Shown: positions 34,781-45,884 of the stretch, piece after piece
Numbering within the stretch: position 1 is the stretch's first letter
How the letters are laid out: each line of letters opens with the position of its first letter
DNA from: an uncultured Chloroflexia bacterium
GTDB taxonomy: Bacteria; Chloroflexota; Limnocylindria; Limnocylindrales; CSP1-4
NCBI GenBank assembly: GCA_963843335.1
Contig: CAWJKF010000006.1
Span: 164,042-228,041, forward strand
Reading direction: 5' to 3'
Length of the DNA stretch: 64,000 nucleotides
The notes under the pieces: model-generated
What the model was told of the DNA's origin: nothing
The model's input: the letters and a program-made list of their open reading frames with translations, nothing else
The model's database searches: none
Position numbers and translations under genes: made by a program

Positions 34781-36217
34781 ATGACCGCCCGCCAGCAGAC
34801 ACGCGTCGGCCGCCGCCTGCGAGGTGAGCGCACGCCCATCGACGCGACGTCGGCGCCGAGCGTTGGAGACATGCTGCACGCGGCCCGCGAGAAGAAGGGC
34901 GTCGACCTCTACCGTGCGGAGCGCGACACCAAGATCCGCGCCCGGCACCTGTCGGCACTCGAGGACGGCGACTACGCGGAGCTGCCCGGCGCGGTCTATA
35001 CCAAGGGCTTCCTGCGCAACTACGCGCTCTACCTGGGGCTCGACCCGGTGGAGGTGCTGGATCGCTGGCACGAGGAGCAGGACCCTGGCCTGCGGGCGTC
35101 GAGCACCGCCATGGTCGCGCCCCCGCAGCCCCTGACCGACCCCCGTCGCGGGCTCACCTTCACGCCCAGCCTCGCGGTCGCGGCGGTCCTGAGCGTCGTG
35201 GTCATCCTGTTCCTGGGCTACGTCGGGATGCAGCTGTTCCGGTTCTCCCAGGTCCCGGAGCTGCGCCTGGATGGCGGATCGATCGATCCGGGCCGACGAG
35301 GACCAGACCTCGTACCAGCTGACCGGCACCAGCCCGGTCCATGCCACGGTCAAGGCGCTCGATGCCGCGGGGACGATGGTCCAGTCGGAGGACGCGGGCG
35401 ACGATGGCCGCTGGGCCCTCAGCGTGCCGGTCCAGAAGGGTGGCAACGAGTTCACGCTCACCGCCCGCGATCCGGAGACCGGCCGCGAGTCGTCCAGCCT
35501 GCCGGTCATCATCACCGTGGCCGCCCCCGCGAAGCCGACACCCATCCCGACGCCGGCGCCCACGAGCCTGGCGGCGCTACCCGGCGACTCGAGCCCAGCG
35601 GACCAGGTGGCCTCGCCCGACACCCTCGCCAGTGGCGCCCCATCGCAGCTCGTGGCGGGCCAGGCGGCGCTGACCGTCGCAGCCCCCCAGGACGGCGGAC
35701 GGAGCGGTGACCCCACCGTCGCGGTCAAGGGGTCGACGAACGCCCGCTGGGTCAAGGTGAACCCGCGCTGGGCGGGCTCCGGCAAGGCACCGGCACAGCC
35801 CGGGTCGCTCCGCCTCGACGCGCGCGGTGGTGCGTTCGACGGCGAGCTCGTGCTGGCACCGGGCAAGTGGGCCATCGACGTGACCACGGTGGCGAGCGAC
35901 CAGCTCGCGAGCGCCACCGCGACATCGACGGTCGACGGTCGACTACAACGGCTTCGCGGTCGAGGTGGGCACCACGGTCCGGGGTCGCGCATGGATCCAG
36001 GTCTTCGTCGATGGGCAGCCCGTCAACGCGGGCAAGATCTACGCCAACGGCGACCGGACGGTCGTCGTCGCCCGGAAGACCGTGGTCGTGAACACCGGGG
36101 TGGAGAAGTCCACCGTGGTGGGTGTCGGGCGGCGATGCCGCAAGCCCGCTCGGGCCGCGCGCCGATCGTGCCGTCTGGCGCTTCGAGAAGGGCAAGGCGC
36201 CGCAGCGGCTGCAGTGA
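34781..36217 (+). CDS. rodZ: RodZ-like protein: HTH, TM, Ig-like extracytoplasmic domains; frameshifted
   Basis: L..ARE.KG..L, TKIR..L.ALE.GDY..LPG.VY.KGFLRNYA.YLGLD; TM; C-terminal AWIQVFVDG (DUF4115-like). Confidence 0.8.
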
Positions 36218-36818
36218 GCCAGCACGACACGACCCGGACGGAGGTCGGCCGCCAGCCGGATGGCGGGGTCGACCGTGAGGTGCTCGAGCCGACGCTCGCG
36301 ACCACCGATGAGCTCATCCGCCTCGCCGCGGTCGTCGGCCGGCGCCTGAACGACCTCGGGGCGACGATGTCCACCGCGGAGTCGTGCACCGGCGGCCTGG
36401 TCGGCCACTCCTGACGGAGATCAGCGGCTCCAGCGCCTGGTTCATGGGCGGCGCCGTGGTCTACAGCGACGCGTTCAAGCGGCGCCCTCGCTGGTGGTGC
36501 CCTCGGAGCTCATCGAGAGCCACGGTGCCGTCTCCGACCCAGGTCGCGGCGGCGATGGCCGAGGGCGCCCGGGTGCGCTTCGGCACGGACCTCGCGCTTG
36601 CCGGTGACGGGCATCGCCGGACCGAGCGGCGGGACGGCCGACCAAGCCCGTCGGGCTCGTCTACGTGGCCGTGCGTGATGCCGGCGGGCGCCGTGGTGGA
36701 GCGCCACGTATGGGGCGGCGACCGCTCCGCCAACAAGCGCCAGAGCGCGCATGCAGCGCTCTGGCTGCTCCTCCGGCGACTCGCTGCTCGACGGGCTGAG
36801 CCGCAGCCGGGCGTATGA
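36214..36818 (+). CDS. cinA: CinA C-terminal / NMN deamidase (PncC) family, frameshifted
   Basis: STAESCTGGLV, GSS.WF.GG.V.YS, AMAEG, TGIAGP, KPVGLVY. Confidence 0.88.
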
Positions 36819-38358
36819 CCCGGTCCGCCGCGGAGATCGGCGCGGGCCTCGCCGGCGCGCGTGCCGCGCGCCCCATCGCCCCGGCGAGCGCATCCATGTC
36901 ATCGGCGCGGCCGGTGCCGGCGCATCCGCCGCGACATGGCTGGCATGGCGCGCCGGGGCGGCCGCGAGCGGCTGTGACCCGGGTGGCGCCTCGCCCTACA
37001 CGCGCCGCGCATCGAAGCGGCCGGCATCCCGTTCGCCCGCGAGCACGCGGCGGCGCACATCGTGGCGGACGGAGCGCCGCCTCGTCGATCGGGTGGCGGC
37101 CACCAAGGCGCTCACGTCCATCGCACCCGACCATCCGGAGCTCGTCGCGGCACGCGATGCGCGGCATCGCGCCCGAGCCGTGGCAGCAGGTCATCGCGGA
37201 TGTCGTGCGCGACCCAGGGTGGCCGCCTGGTGGGCATCGCGGGCACCCACGGCAAGTCGACCGTCGTCGGGCTGGCTGGTCCACCTGCTCGTCCGCGGCG
37301 GGTGCGGATCCGGCTGCCTTCGTCGGCGCGCTGCTGCCGTCGTCGATAACGGGCGGACCGCCCGCCACGGCTCGCTGGGGGAGTGGTGCCGCGTTCGTGG
37401 TGGAGGCGGACGAGTACGCCGGCAACTTCGACGCCTATCGACCGGACGTGGCGGTGCTGCTGAACGCGGAGTGGGACCACCCGGACGTGTTCGCGGACGA
37501 GGCCGCCGTGCTCGACGCGTTCGCGGGCTGGTTGCGCGCCCCGGGGGCCGCGGGCGCGGACGCTCGTCGCGAACGTGGGCGACCCGGGCGTGCGCGCGGC
37601 TGCTGGACCGACTCGATGGACTGGCCCGGCAGTGTCGTCCGGGTCGGCCCTCGCAGACGACCGGCCGGTGCGCCGGGGTCGCCGGACGTGACCGGTCGCC
37701 TGGCCGGGGATGGCGTCCTGACGTTGGAGGTCCTGACTCGGCGCCCGTCCGGGCCCGGCTGGGGCTGACCGGTCGGCACAACGCGGCGAATGCGGTGTGC
37801 GTGGCCGCCGCGGCGCTGGTGCTGGGCGTGGCAGCCAACATGGTCGCGGACGGGCTGGCCAGCTTCCGGGGCGTTGGTCGCCGGATGGAGGTCAAGGGCG
37901 AGCCCCATGGGAGTGCTGGTGGTCGACGACTACGGCCATCACCCGACGGCGATCGCGGCCACGCTGGCCGCCGTCCGCGACGACCCATCCCGGCCGGCCG
38001 GCTGTGGGCGGTCTACGAGCCACTGACCTACCACCGGACCGCGGCGATGCTCGATGCGTTCGCGGATGTGCTCGCCACCGCGGACCGTGTCGTCATCGCG
38101 GACATCTGGGCGGGTCGCGACCCGGATACCACCATCACCAGCGCCGCCGCGCTCGCGGCGGCGGTCGACCGAGCGCTCGGCGGCTGCCCGCGGTCGCGCC
38201 GGGATCGGTGGAGGCCACCGCGGCGTACCTGGGCCACGAGCGTGGTGCCCGGGGATGTGGTGCTGGTCATGGGCGGGGGCCGCTCGTATGTCATCGCGGA
38301 GACGCTCGTTGCGGCACTCGGCGCCGCCCAGGGACCACCGCCACGACTGGTAGGATGA
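36815..38358 (+). CDS. murC: MurC/Mpl-like Mur ligase, multiple frameshifts
   Basis: IHVIG..GAG.SA, AGTHGKST, VEADEY, DHPD, G.HNA.NA, F.GVGRR.E, DDYGHHPTAI, GDVVLVMG. Confidence 0.8.
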
Positions 38359-38362
38359 CCGC

Positions 38363-38800
38363 ATGCCCAATCTCACGCCCGGCGACGGGCAGGACGTGCT
38401 CGCGCGCTTCAAGCGCGCCTGGGAGCGACGCGACGTCGACGCCGTGATGGCGCTGTTCCAGGACGATGCCGAGTTCCGGCCCGGACCCGTTCGAGCCCCC
38501 GCTGATCGGCGCCTGGCCATCCGTGAGCACTGGAACCCGGGCCGCGGCAGCCGTCGGCAACGTGGAGTTCGACGCCGAGCGCATCTGGGTGAGCGGCACG
38601 ACGATCCTCGCGAGCTGGCACGGCGCGCTCACCCAGCGCACGACCGCGGAGCGCAGTCCGACAGCGTGGGTTCATGACCCTGGAGCTGGATCGACGACGG
38701 CGCCGTGGTCCGCCGCTGCGCGGCAGTGGACGATCGCCCGCGGTGGTGGGCACGGATGCCACGTTCAGGGCCGAGCCCGACGACGGGCCAGGGAGGGTCC
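38363..38800 (+). CDS. SnoaL/NTF2-like protein, frameshifted (end approximate)
   Basis: RFKRAWERRDVDAVMALFQDDAEF..DPF..P..G..AIR.HW pattern. Confidence 0.65.
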
Positions 38801-38801
38801 G

Positions 38802-39302
38802 ATGGCGGGTGACGCGTCATTCGACGTGGTGAGCGATTTCGATCGCCAGGAGCTGGTGAACGCCCTCGACCAGGTCCGGCGCGAGGTCACCACGCGCTAC
38901 GACTTCAAGGGCGCGACCGCGGACATCGAGCTGAACAAGGAGGACATCACGCTCACGGTGGACTCGGAGCTGCGCGCGCATGCGCTCCGGGAGCTCATCG
39001 AGTCGCAAGGCGATCAAGCGTGGCCTGTCGCTCAAGGTGTTCGACTGGGGTGACGATCCAGCCCGTCGGCGGCAGCCTGCTCAAGCAGAAGATCGCGCTT
39101 CGCAAGGGCCTACCGGACGACATCGCCAAGAAGATCACGCAAGCTGCTCCGTGATGAGTTCCCCAAGGTCAAGAGCCAGATCCAGGGTGATGCGGTGCGC
39201 GTGACGGCCAAGAGCAGGGACGAGCTGCAACGGGTCATCGCCCGCCTCAAGGACGAGGGGGAGGGGTACCCGGTCGCCCTCCAGTTCGAGAACTATCGCT
39301 GA
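38802..39302 (+). CDS. yajQ: YajQ family nucleotide/c-di-GMP-binding protein, frameshifted
   Basis: SFDVVS.FD.QE..NA, RYDFKG, SQIQGD.VRVT.K.RDELQ, LQFENYR. Confidence 0.93.
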
Positions 39303-39310
39303 GGTGAACG

Positions 39311-39403
39311 ATGGCGAGGAGCCGGGTGGGCAGGATGCTGGTGGTGCTCGTGGCGAGCCTCATCATCCTGTCGATGGTATGGACCTCCGTGACGCTCCAC
39401 TGA
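39311..39403 (+). CDS. Putative 30 aa single-pass membrane microprotein
   Basis: MARSRVGRMLVVLVASLIILSMVWTSVTLH*; SD GAGGTG overlapping the yajQ stop. Confidence 0.6.
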   Translation: MARSRVGRMLVVLVASLIILSMVWTSVTLH

Positions 39404-39409
39404 GCGCAT

Positions 39410-41209
39410 CTGTCCCTGATGTGGCGGTCGCCGACGACCCGGCAGCGGCCGATGAGCCGGCGAGCAGCCGCTGACGTGGCGGTCGTCGAGGTCCCAGCGG
39501 CCCCAGAGGCCGCCAGAGGCGGGGGACGCGGGGCCGCGACGCGCGCCCAAGGCGGTCCGACCCGACGGTCGCCCAGCTCGTCGCCGACCGGCTGGCGGGG
39601 GCCGGCGCTCGCTTCGCGTTCACGGTCCCCGGCGAGAGCTTCCTGCCGCTGCTGGATGCGTTGCCGGCTGCCGGCGTCCGTGTCGTGGCACGCGCCATGA
39701 GGGTGGTGCCTCGTTCATGGCCGCGGCTGCCGCCCATCTCACCGGCGACCCCAGATCGTGCTCGCGACCCGTACGGTCGGTGCGGCCAACGCCGCCATCG
39801 GCATCCACACCGCACGCCCGGACTCGGCGCCGCTGGTGGCACTCATCGGTGGCGTGCGACGCGAATACCGCGGTCGCGAGGCATTCCAGGAGTCGGACCT
39901 CGCGACCGGCATCGGCTCGCTGGCCTCGTGGGCCGTGGAGCTGGAACGTCCCACCGATGCTGGCCGGGTGATGGCGGGAGGCGATCCGCCAGCTCGACGA
40001 CCGGCCGACCGGGCCCCATCCTGCTGGCGCTGCCCGAGGACGTCCTGGGTCTCTCCGTCGGTGGCAACACGCCACCGGCAGCCCCTGCCCAGGGTGGCCT
40101 GGCGCCTGACCGCGCGGCCGTGCGCCAGGTCACTCAAGTGGCTGGCGGCGTCCCGTCGCGGTGTCATCATCGCCGGCGGCGGCGTCCTGCGGGCACGGGC
40201 GAGCAAGCGGCTCATGACCCTCGCGGATGCCCTCGCCGTGCCGGTCATCGCGTCCTGGCGACGACCGGACGTGGTGCCCAACGACCACGCCGGGTACCTG
40301 GGCATGACCGGCTACTGGAGCCCCGCCATCGTCCGCGAGCGGCTCGAGGCAGCCGACGTGGTGCTCGTGCTGGGCGCCCGGATGTCCGAGATCGCCACCT
40401 ATGGCTACCGCATCCCTGTCGCCGGGGACCCGTTGGGCGCAGGTCGACCTGGAGCCTCGCCAGGCGCACCGGACGGGCTGGCGGCGCCGACGCTGTCGAT
40501 GACCGCGGACGTCGCCCGGTTCCTGGATGTCGCCTGGTCGGACCTGCGGGGCGCCGTGCTCGACGCGGAGAACCGGAGCGCGCGCGCCCGGACCTCGTCG
40601 CGATCGGGCGGCGTGCCTGGCGGCGTCCGACGTCGACGGAGGGGAGTGGTCCGGGCCCGGCGTCCACCCCGGTCGGGCCTGGTCGGGACGATGCAGCGGC
40701 TGCTGCCGCCGAACGCGGTGATCGCCACGGACGCCGGCAACTTCGGTGGCTGGGTGGCACGCGGCTATCGCTTCCTGCGGCCGGGTACGTTCCTGGGCCC
40801 GACGTCGGGCGCCATGGGCTACGGACTGCCGGCGGCCATCGCCGCGTCGCTGGTCCATCCCGATCGACCCGTCGTCGCGGTCTGCGGGGACGGTGGCTTC
40901 GCGATGACGATGGCAGAGCTCGAGACGTCGGTCCGGGAAGGTGCCCGGCCGGTCGTCATCGTGCTCGACAACCACGGCTACGGCACCATCCGGATGCATC
41001 AGGACCAGCGAAGGCCGGCCGCGCGTGGCGACGGAGCTCGGCCCGATCGACTTCGCGGCCGTGGCGGAGGCCAGCGGCGCGCTCGGGTTCCGGGTCACGA
41101 CCGATGACCAGTTCGAGCGGCGCTCCATGACGCGCTCGCGGCGCGCCGGACGGCGGTCATCCACTGCGTCCTCGATGCCGCCTGGGTCTCGGTCAACGAG
41201 CGTCCCTGA
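39410..41209 (+). CDS. ThDP-dependent enzyme, acetolactate synthase-like; many frameshifts, start uncertain
   Basis: FTVPGESFL, RHE, EAFQE.D, DAGNF, SGAMGYGLPAAI, GDGGF..(x)..DNHGYGTIR. Confidence 0.85.
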
Positions 41210-41272
41210 GGGCGCAGGGGCGGTCGAGGTCGTTCCGGGACGAGTCGCCGCGGACGCCGTACGCTTGCGCAT

Positions 41273-42026
41273 ATGAGATCCGATGTCTCCCCGGAGCCCG
41301 GCGCGGCTACCGTCGATGCGGACCGGCATCTGCCGCTGGCCGGTACCCGCAACCTGCGGGACGTTGGCGGCTATCCGGCTGCCGGCGGCCGACAGACCCG
41401 CTGGCGGACCCTGCTGCGCACCGATTCGCTCGACAGCCTGCCCGACAGGCTCCCAGGCCGCGCTCCTCGGACCTGGGATTGCGCCAGGTCATCGACCTCC
41501 GCTGGCCGTCCGAGACTGGACGTCGCGCCCAGCGTCTTCCAGGACATCCGACGGGTGCGCTACACCCAGATCCCGCTGCTGGCCGATGACCCGACGCCGC
41601 ACCTCGGCCTTGCGGGCATGTACCGGCACATCTTCGATGCGCGTGCGACGCAGCTCGTGGAGGTCGTCCGGGCGCTCCTCGCCCCTGGAGGCGCCCCGGC
41701 GGTCATCGGCTGCGCCGCCGGCAAGGACCGGACGGGCGTGGCCATCGCCCTCATCCTGGATGTCGGTCGGCGTTCCTCGCGAGGTCATCGTCGAGGATTA
41801 CGCCCTGAGCGCGGCCGATGTTCGCACGGCCCATGGACGATCCCCACATCACCGACTGGCGCGTCGGCTCCATCGAGGTCGACAGCCCGCCGGAGTTCAT
41901 GGAGTCGTCCCTCGAGCACCTCGACAGCATCACGGCGGTGCCGCAGCCTTCCTGCACGCCAACGGTGTCACCGCGGACGAGCTCCGGGCGTTGATGGACC
42001 TGCTCACGGAGCCCGCCTCCTCGTAG
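41273..42026 (+). CDS. Tyrosine-protein phosphatase (IphP/MptpB-like), frameshifted
   Basis: NLRDVGGY, VIDLR, CAAGKDRTG P-loop, I..DY.LS. Confidence 0.85.
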
Positions 42027-42099
42027 GCCGTCCGGGCCGGCGAGACGAGACCTACCATCGAAGGAGTCATCGGCGCCGGGTGTACATGTCCACACGGGC

Positions 42100-42127
42100 G
42101 TGTTACATAACTTGCATTATCGGCAGT
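42100..42127 (-). other. dif-like XerC/XerD recombination site
   Basis: Minus strand ACTGCCGATAA-TGCAAG-TTATGTAACAC: 11-6-11 architecture with ATAA/TTAT inner repeat and TTATGT XerD arm; AT-rich island in an intergenic region. Confidence 0.8.
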
Positions 42128-42541
42128 GCGGGATGCGACTGAGAGTGGGCCTCTCCGACGCCGTTGGGGTTCGGGCGCCGGCATCGTCCCCGAGTCCCGC
42201 TGCCACTCCGTGGTGGCGGTCGATGATGCGCGGGGTGCATGATCAGGCCAACGAGCACCGTCTGGCAGTGGCATGGAGGCCTCTCCGCGGCTACTTCATG
42301 CGTCCGGCGCATCGGGTGGCCACGGAAGCCCGGTCGAGGGGTCGATCCATCTCCTCATCGGCCTGATCGGTCGCTGGGCGCATACCGTGAGCTGCGGTAC
42401 ACCCGTGGGCCGCAGCCGTCACCAGGCTGAGATACCTGGGTGGGGGAGGCGGCGGACGATCCGTCCGGCAGATCGGTCACGATCCGTCCTGGGGACGGGG
42501 AGACCCATCGGGCAACCTGACCACTCCCCCACTGCCGCGCA

Positions 42542-42934
42542 TCACAGGTCTGCGGGACCGACTACGGTGACGATCCGGGATGCGCCGCGCTGCAGGCGGG
42601 CGTCGAGTGTCAGCAGCCGGGTGCCCGTGAGCAACCCCAGGGCGACGTACTCGGCGTCGTAGGTCTTGGCCCAGCCCAGCTGTCGGGCGATCCGTGACGC
42701 CTCGACGAAGAGCGCCGGGTGCTCGCGTCGCTCGATCCCAAGCGCTGACAGGTCGGCGATAGCGGCCGAGGCGGAATCCGGGTCGATATCACCGCGGAAC
42801 GCAAGCTCATGGAGCGCCGATGTGGTCTCGGACCAGAGCAGGGCCGGTGCCACGAGCTCCTCGTCCACGAGCGCGGCAGGTCGTTCGCCACGGAGCGCGA
42901 GGGCGACCGCGATGCTGGCATCGACGACGAGCAT
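42542..42934 (-). CDS. vapC: PIN-domain toxin VapC
   Basis: MLVVDAS, E, YDAEYVAL, LLTLDARL. Confidence 0.88.
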   Translation of the reverse strand: MLVVDASIAVALALRGERPAALVDEELVAPALLWSETTSALHELAFRGDIDPDSASAAIADLSALGIERREHPALFVEASRIARQLGWAKTYDAEYVALGLLTGTRLLTLDARLQRGASRIVTVVGPADL

Positions 42935-42936
42935 GC

Positions 42937-43188
42937 TCAGTGACCTGCGCGCTGACGACGGATGGTGGCCACGACGTTCGGCATCGGTCGACCATCGGCC
43001 AGGTGGCCCCATCCCCACACATCGGGGATGGGAAGCATCTCCTCGTCGAGGAGCGCCTCGAGGTCAGCTTCCTCGACGACGTGCTGGGTGCCGATCTTTG
43101 TCGCGGCGAGTCGCCCGCTGCGGATCCAGCGACGGATGGTCTCGGGATCCTTGCCGGCGCGCCTCGCGGCTTCAGGCACAGTAATCAT
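42937..43188 (-). CDS. Putative antitoxin, excisionase/MerR-like HTH
   Basis: ITVPEAARR.GK.PETIRRWIRSGRL.A.KIG; stop 2 nt before vapC start. Confidence 0.8.
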   Translation of the reverse strand: MITVPEAARRAGKDPETIRRWIRSGRLAATKIGTQHVVEEADLEALLDEEMLPIPDVWGWGHLADGRPMPNVVATIRRQRAGH

Positions 43189-43342
43189 CGCACGATACTA
43201 CTACATGACCAGCCACGACGACGACGCATGTCCTCGTCCCTCCGGCATGGGGTGCCTGGGACGACCGAACCGCCCATGGCATGCACGAGGGACTCTTGCA
43301 GCTGGGTCCGAGCCTTGCGTCCGCTGGTACCCGGGGGTATCG

Positions 43343-43364
43343 TTCTTACTCCACTCAGTAAGAA
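43343..43364. promoter_or_regulatory. Inverted-repeat operator upstream of abrB-vapC
   Basis: TTCTTACT-N6-AGTAAGAA immediately before the SD; overlaps a TATCGT -10-like hexamer. Confidence 0.65.
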
Positions 43365-43373
43365 AGGATCCAG

Positions 43374-43607
43374 ATGCGTATCACTGCCAAGGGGCAGGTG
43401 ACGATCCCCCAGGCTATCCGCGAAGCCGCGGGGTTGCTCCCGCATACGGACGTCGTGTTCATCCTCGACGACGACGGGGTCCGTATGGTCAGGGCCGATT
43501 CGTCGAGCAAGCCCGATCGCGGCCGGATGCTCGTGGCCCGGCTGCGGGGCAGCGGCGACCATGCGATGACGACGGACGAGATCCTGGCGCTGACGCGCGG
43601 GGAGTGA
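43374..43607 (+). CDS. vapB: AbrB/MazE-family antitoxin
   Basis: MRITAKGQVTIP..IRE..GL.P; TTDEILALTRG tail; TGATG overlap with toxin. Confidence 0.9.
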   Translation: MRITAKGQVTIPQAIREAAGLLPHTDVVFILDDDGVRMVRADSSSKPDRGRMLVARLRGSGDHAMTTDEILALTRGE

Positions 43608-44034
43608 TGACATCGGTGCTCGTCGATAGCAGTGTCCTCCTGGACATCCTCCAGGAGGATCCGATATGGGTCGACTGGTCGAGCAGCGCGCTCGAGGCGC
43701 TCGGGCGCACATCGGTGCTGGTCATCAACCCGATCGTCTTCGCAGAGATCTCGGGCGGCTACCGAACGATCGAGGAGAATCGACGCAGCCCTCCCGAGAT
43801 CGACTGGTGGAACGGGAGCCACTGCCGTACCCGGCGGGGTTCCTTGCAGGCAGGGCCTTCCTCCAGTACCGGCGTCGAGGAGGCGTGCGGACCACTCCCC
43901 TCCCGGACTTCTACATCGGCGCCCACGCGGCCGTCGCAGGCTACCGCCTGCTCACGCGCGATACGACGCGCTTCCGGACGTACTTCCCGACCTTGGACAT
44001 CATCGCTCCGCCTCGTTCGAGGGGTTCCAGCTAG
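43607..44034 (+). CDS. vapC: PIN-domain toxin VapC, frameshift near 43780
   Basis: VLVDSSVLLD, INP.VFAEIS, PDFYIGAHA, LLTRD..RFRTYFP. Confidence 0.88.
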
Positions 44035-44155
44035 CCTCGTCCCTACCGCGGATGCTGGGTGCTGTCCGGTCGCGCTCGGCGTCGCGCGCGAGCAAGGATT
44101 CGCTGCGAAACTGGGGACCCGCCCGTCTCCTGTCCCTCCGTTTCCCGTGGAGCCC

Positions 44156-45780
44156 ATGTCCCGTAGCGTTCGTTTGCGCCCCTGGCAGCATGCCGCGCTC
44201 GCGCGCCTCGCGGCGTCAGCCGGACCCGACTTCCTCGCCGTCGCGACGCCCGGTGCCGGCAAGACCACCTTCGCCCTCGCTGCGCTCCGGCTGGCCCTCG
44301 CCGAGCGGCGTGCCCCGCTCGTGGTCGTGGCGCCGACCGCCCACCTCAAGATCCAGTGGGCCCATGCGGCCGCGCGGCTCCAGCTCCATCTCGACCCGGC
44401 ATGGTCCCCGGCCGATGGCGGCCTGCCCCTGGATATGCACGGCATCGTGACCAGCTACCAGCAGGTGGCCCTGAGCGCGGCTGCGATCCGGGATGCGGTC
44501 GGGCGCGCGTACGTCGTGCTCGACGAGGTCCACCATGCGGCCGAGGACCAGGCATGGGGAGCGTCGCTCCGGACGGCGTTCGACGGCGCCGCCCGCCGCC
44601 TGTCCCTGTCGGGGACGCCATTCCGGAGCGATACCCAGGCCATCCCCTTCGTGCGCTACGAGCAGGATGAGGCGATCCCCGACTACGAGTACGGCTACGG
44701 CGATGCGCTCGCTGACGGTCGCGTGGTGCGGCCGGTCTACTTCCCGCGGACCGGCGGCCAGATGGAATGGACCGCGCCCGATGGCACGGCCTACGAGGCG
44801 ACCTTCGACGACCCGTTGGCGAGCGCGCTCGCCAACCAGCGGCTCCGGACCGCCCTCTCCGTCGACGGGGAGTGGCTGCCGGCGGTGCTGCGCGAGGCAT
44901 GCGAGCGGCTCGCTGACGTGCGCCGCAGCCAGCCGGACGCCGGCGGCCTGGTCATCGCCATCGACCAGGAGCATGCCCGGGGCATCGCGGACATCCTCCG
45001 GCGCCGGTTCCGGACCGCGCCCGGTCGTGGTGACCTCGGACGACCCCGAGGCCTCATCGCGCATCGAGGCGTTCGCGTCGGGCACGGACGGAGTGGCTGG
45101 TGGCGGTCCGGATGGTCTCCGAGGGCGTCGACATCCCACGCCTCCGGGTCGGCGTGTACGCGACGGTCACGACCACCGACCTCTTCTTCCGACAGGCGGT
45201 GGGCCGGTTCGTCCGCTGGGTGCCCGGCATCCGCGAGCAGCGGGCCTGGCTGTACATCCCCGATGACCTGCGCCTGCGGGTCCGGGCGGCCCAGATCGCG
45301 GAGCAGCGCCGCCATTCGCTGCGCCGGGATCGACGACCCGACGAGGACGACCCGCTCCAGCGCTCGCCCCTGACGCCGTTCGATCGAGGCGCCGAGCAGC
45401 TGTCGCTGTTCGAGGCGCTGTCCGCGACGCCCATCGCCGGCTCCGCCGCATGGCAGCCGTGGCACGAGGGCATCCCGGAGGACCTCGATGTGACGAGCGA
45501 CGGCACCATCGAGATGGACATCGCGCTGCCCCCGCCCGTGGCCGGGGCCCCCTCCCCCGCTGCTCCCGGACGGACGCGGCGGCAGGTGAAGGACGCACTC
45601 CGCGTCGCGAACGCGGACGGTGCACGGGACATCGCCCGGCTCACCGGCCAGACGCATGCCCAGGTCAACGGCCAGCTCAATCGTGCCGTCGGCATCCTGA
45701 GCATCAACGAAGCCACCGTCGAGCAGCTGGAGGCCCGCCTGGCCGCGGCCGACCGCTGGGTCGAGCGCCTCCGGACCTGA
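44156..45780 (+). CDS. SF2 DEAD/DEAH-like helicase (ResIII/actinobacterial Rv2917-like), frameshifts at 45020-45095
   Basis: LRPWQ, ATPGAGKT, DEVHHA, LSGTPFR, VRMVSEGVDIPRL, QAVGRFVR. Confidence 0.88.
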
Positions 45781-45846
45781 GAGCGCCACCACCGGGACGC
45801 CACGACCGAGGCGGGTGCCACAGCTCCTCGGCGCCCCGGCTCCTCA

Positions 45847-45884
45847 TTGACACTGCTGAAATCGTATGCATACAATCGATTTGA
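45847..45884 (+). promoter_or_regulatory. sigma70 promoter with tandem LacI-type operators
   Basis: TTGACA-18-TACAAT; TGAAATCGTATGCA (45857-45870) + TACAATCGATTTGA (45871-45884). Confidence 0.75.

Noticed and set aside
42128-42540. Short ORFs, or a second att/dif site, right of dif
   Set aside because: ORFs lack coding-like composition or motifs; no second ATAA-N6-TTAT core seen
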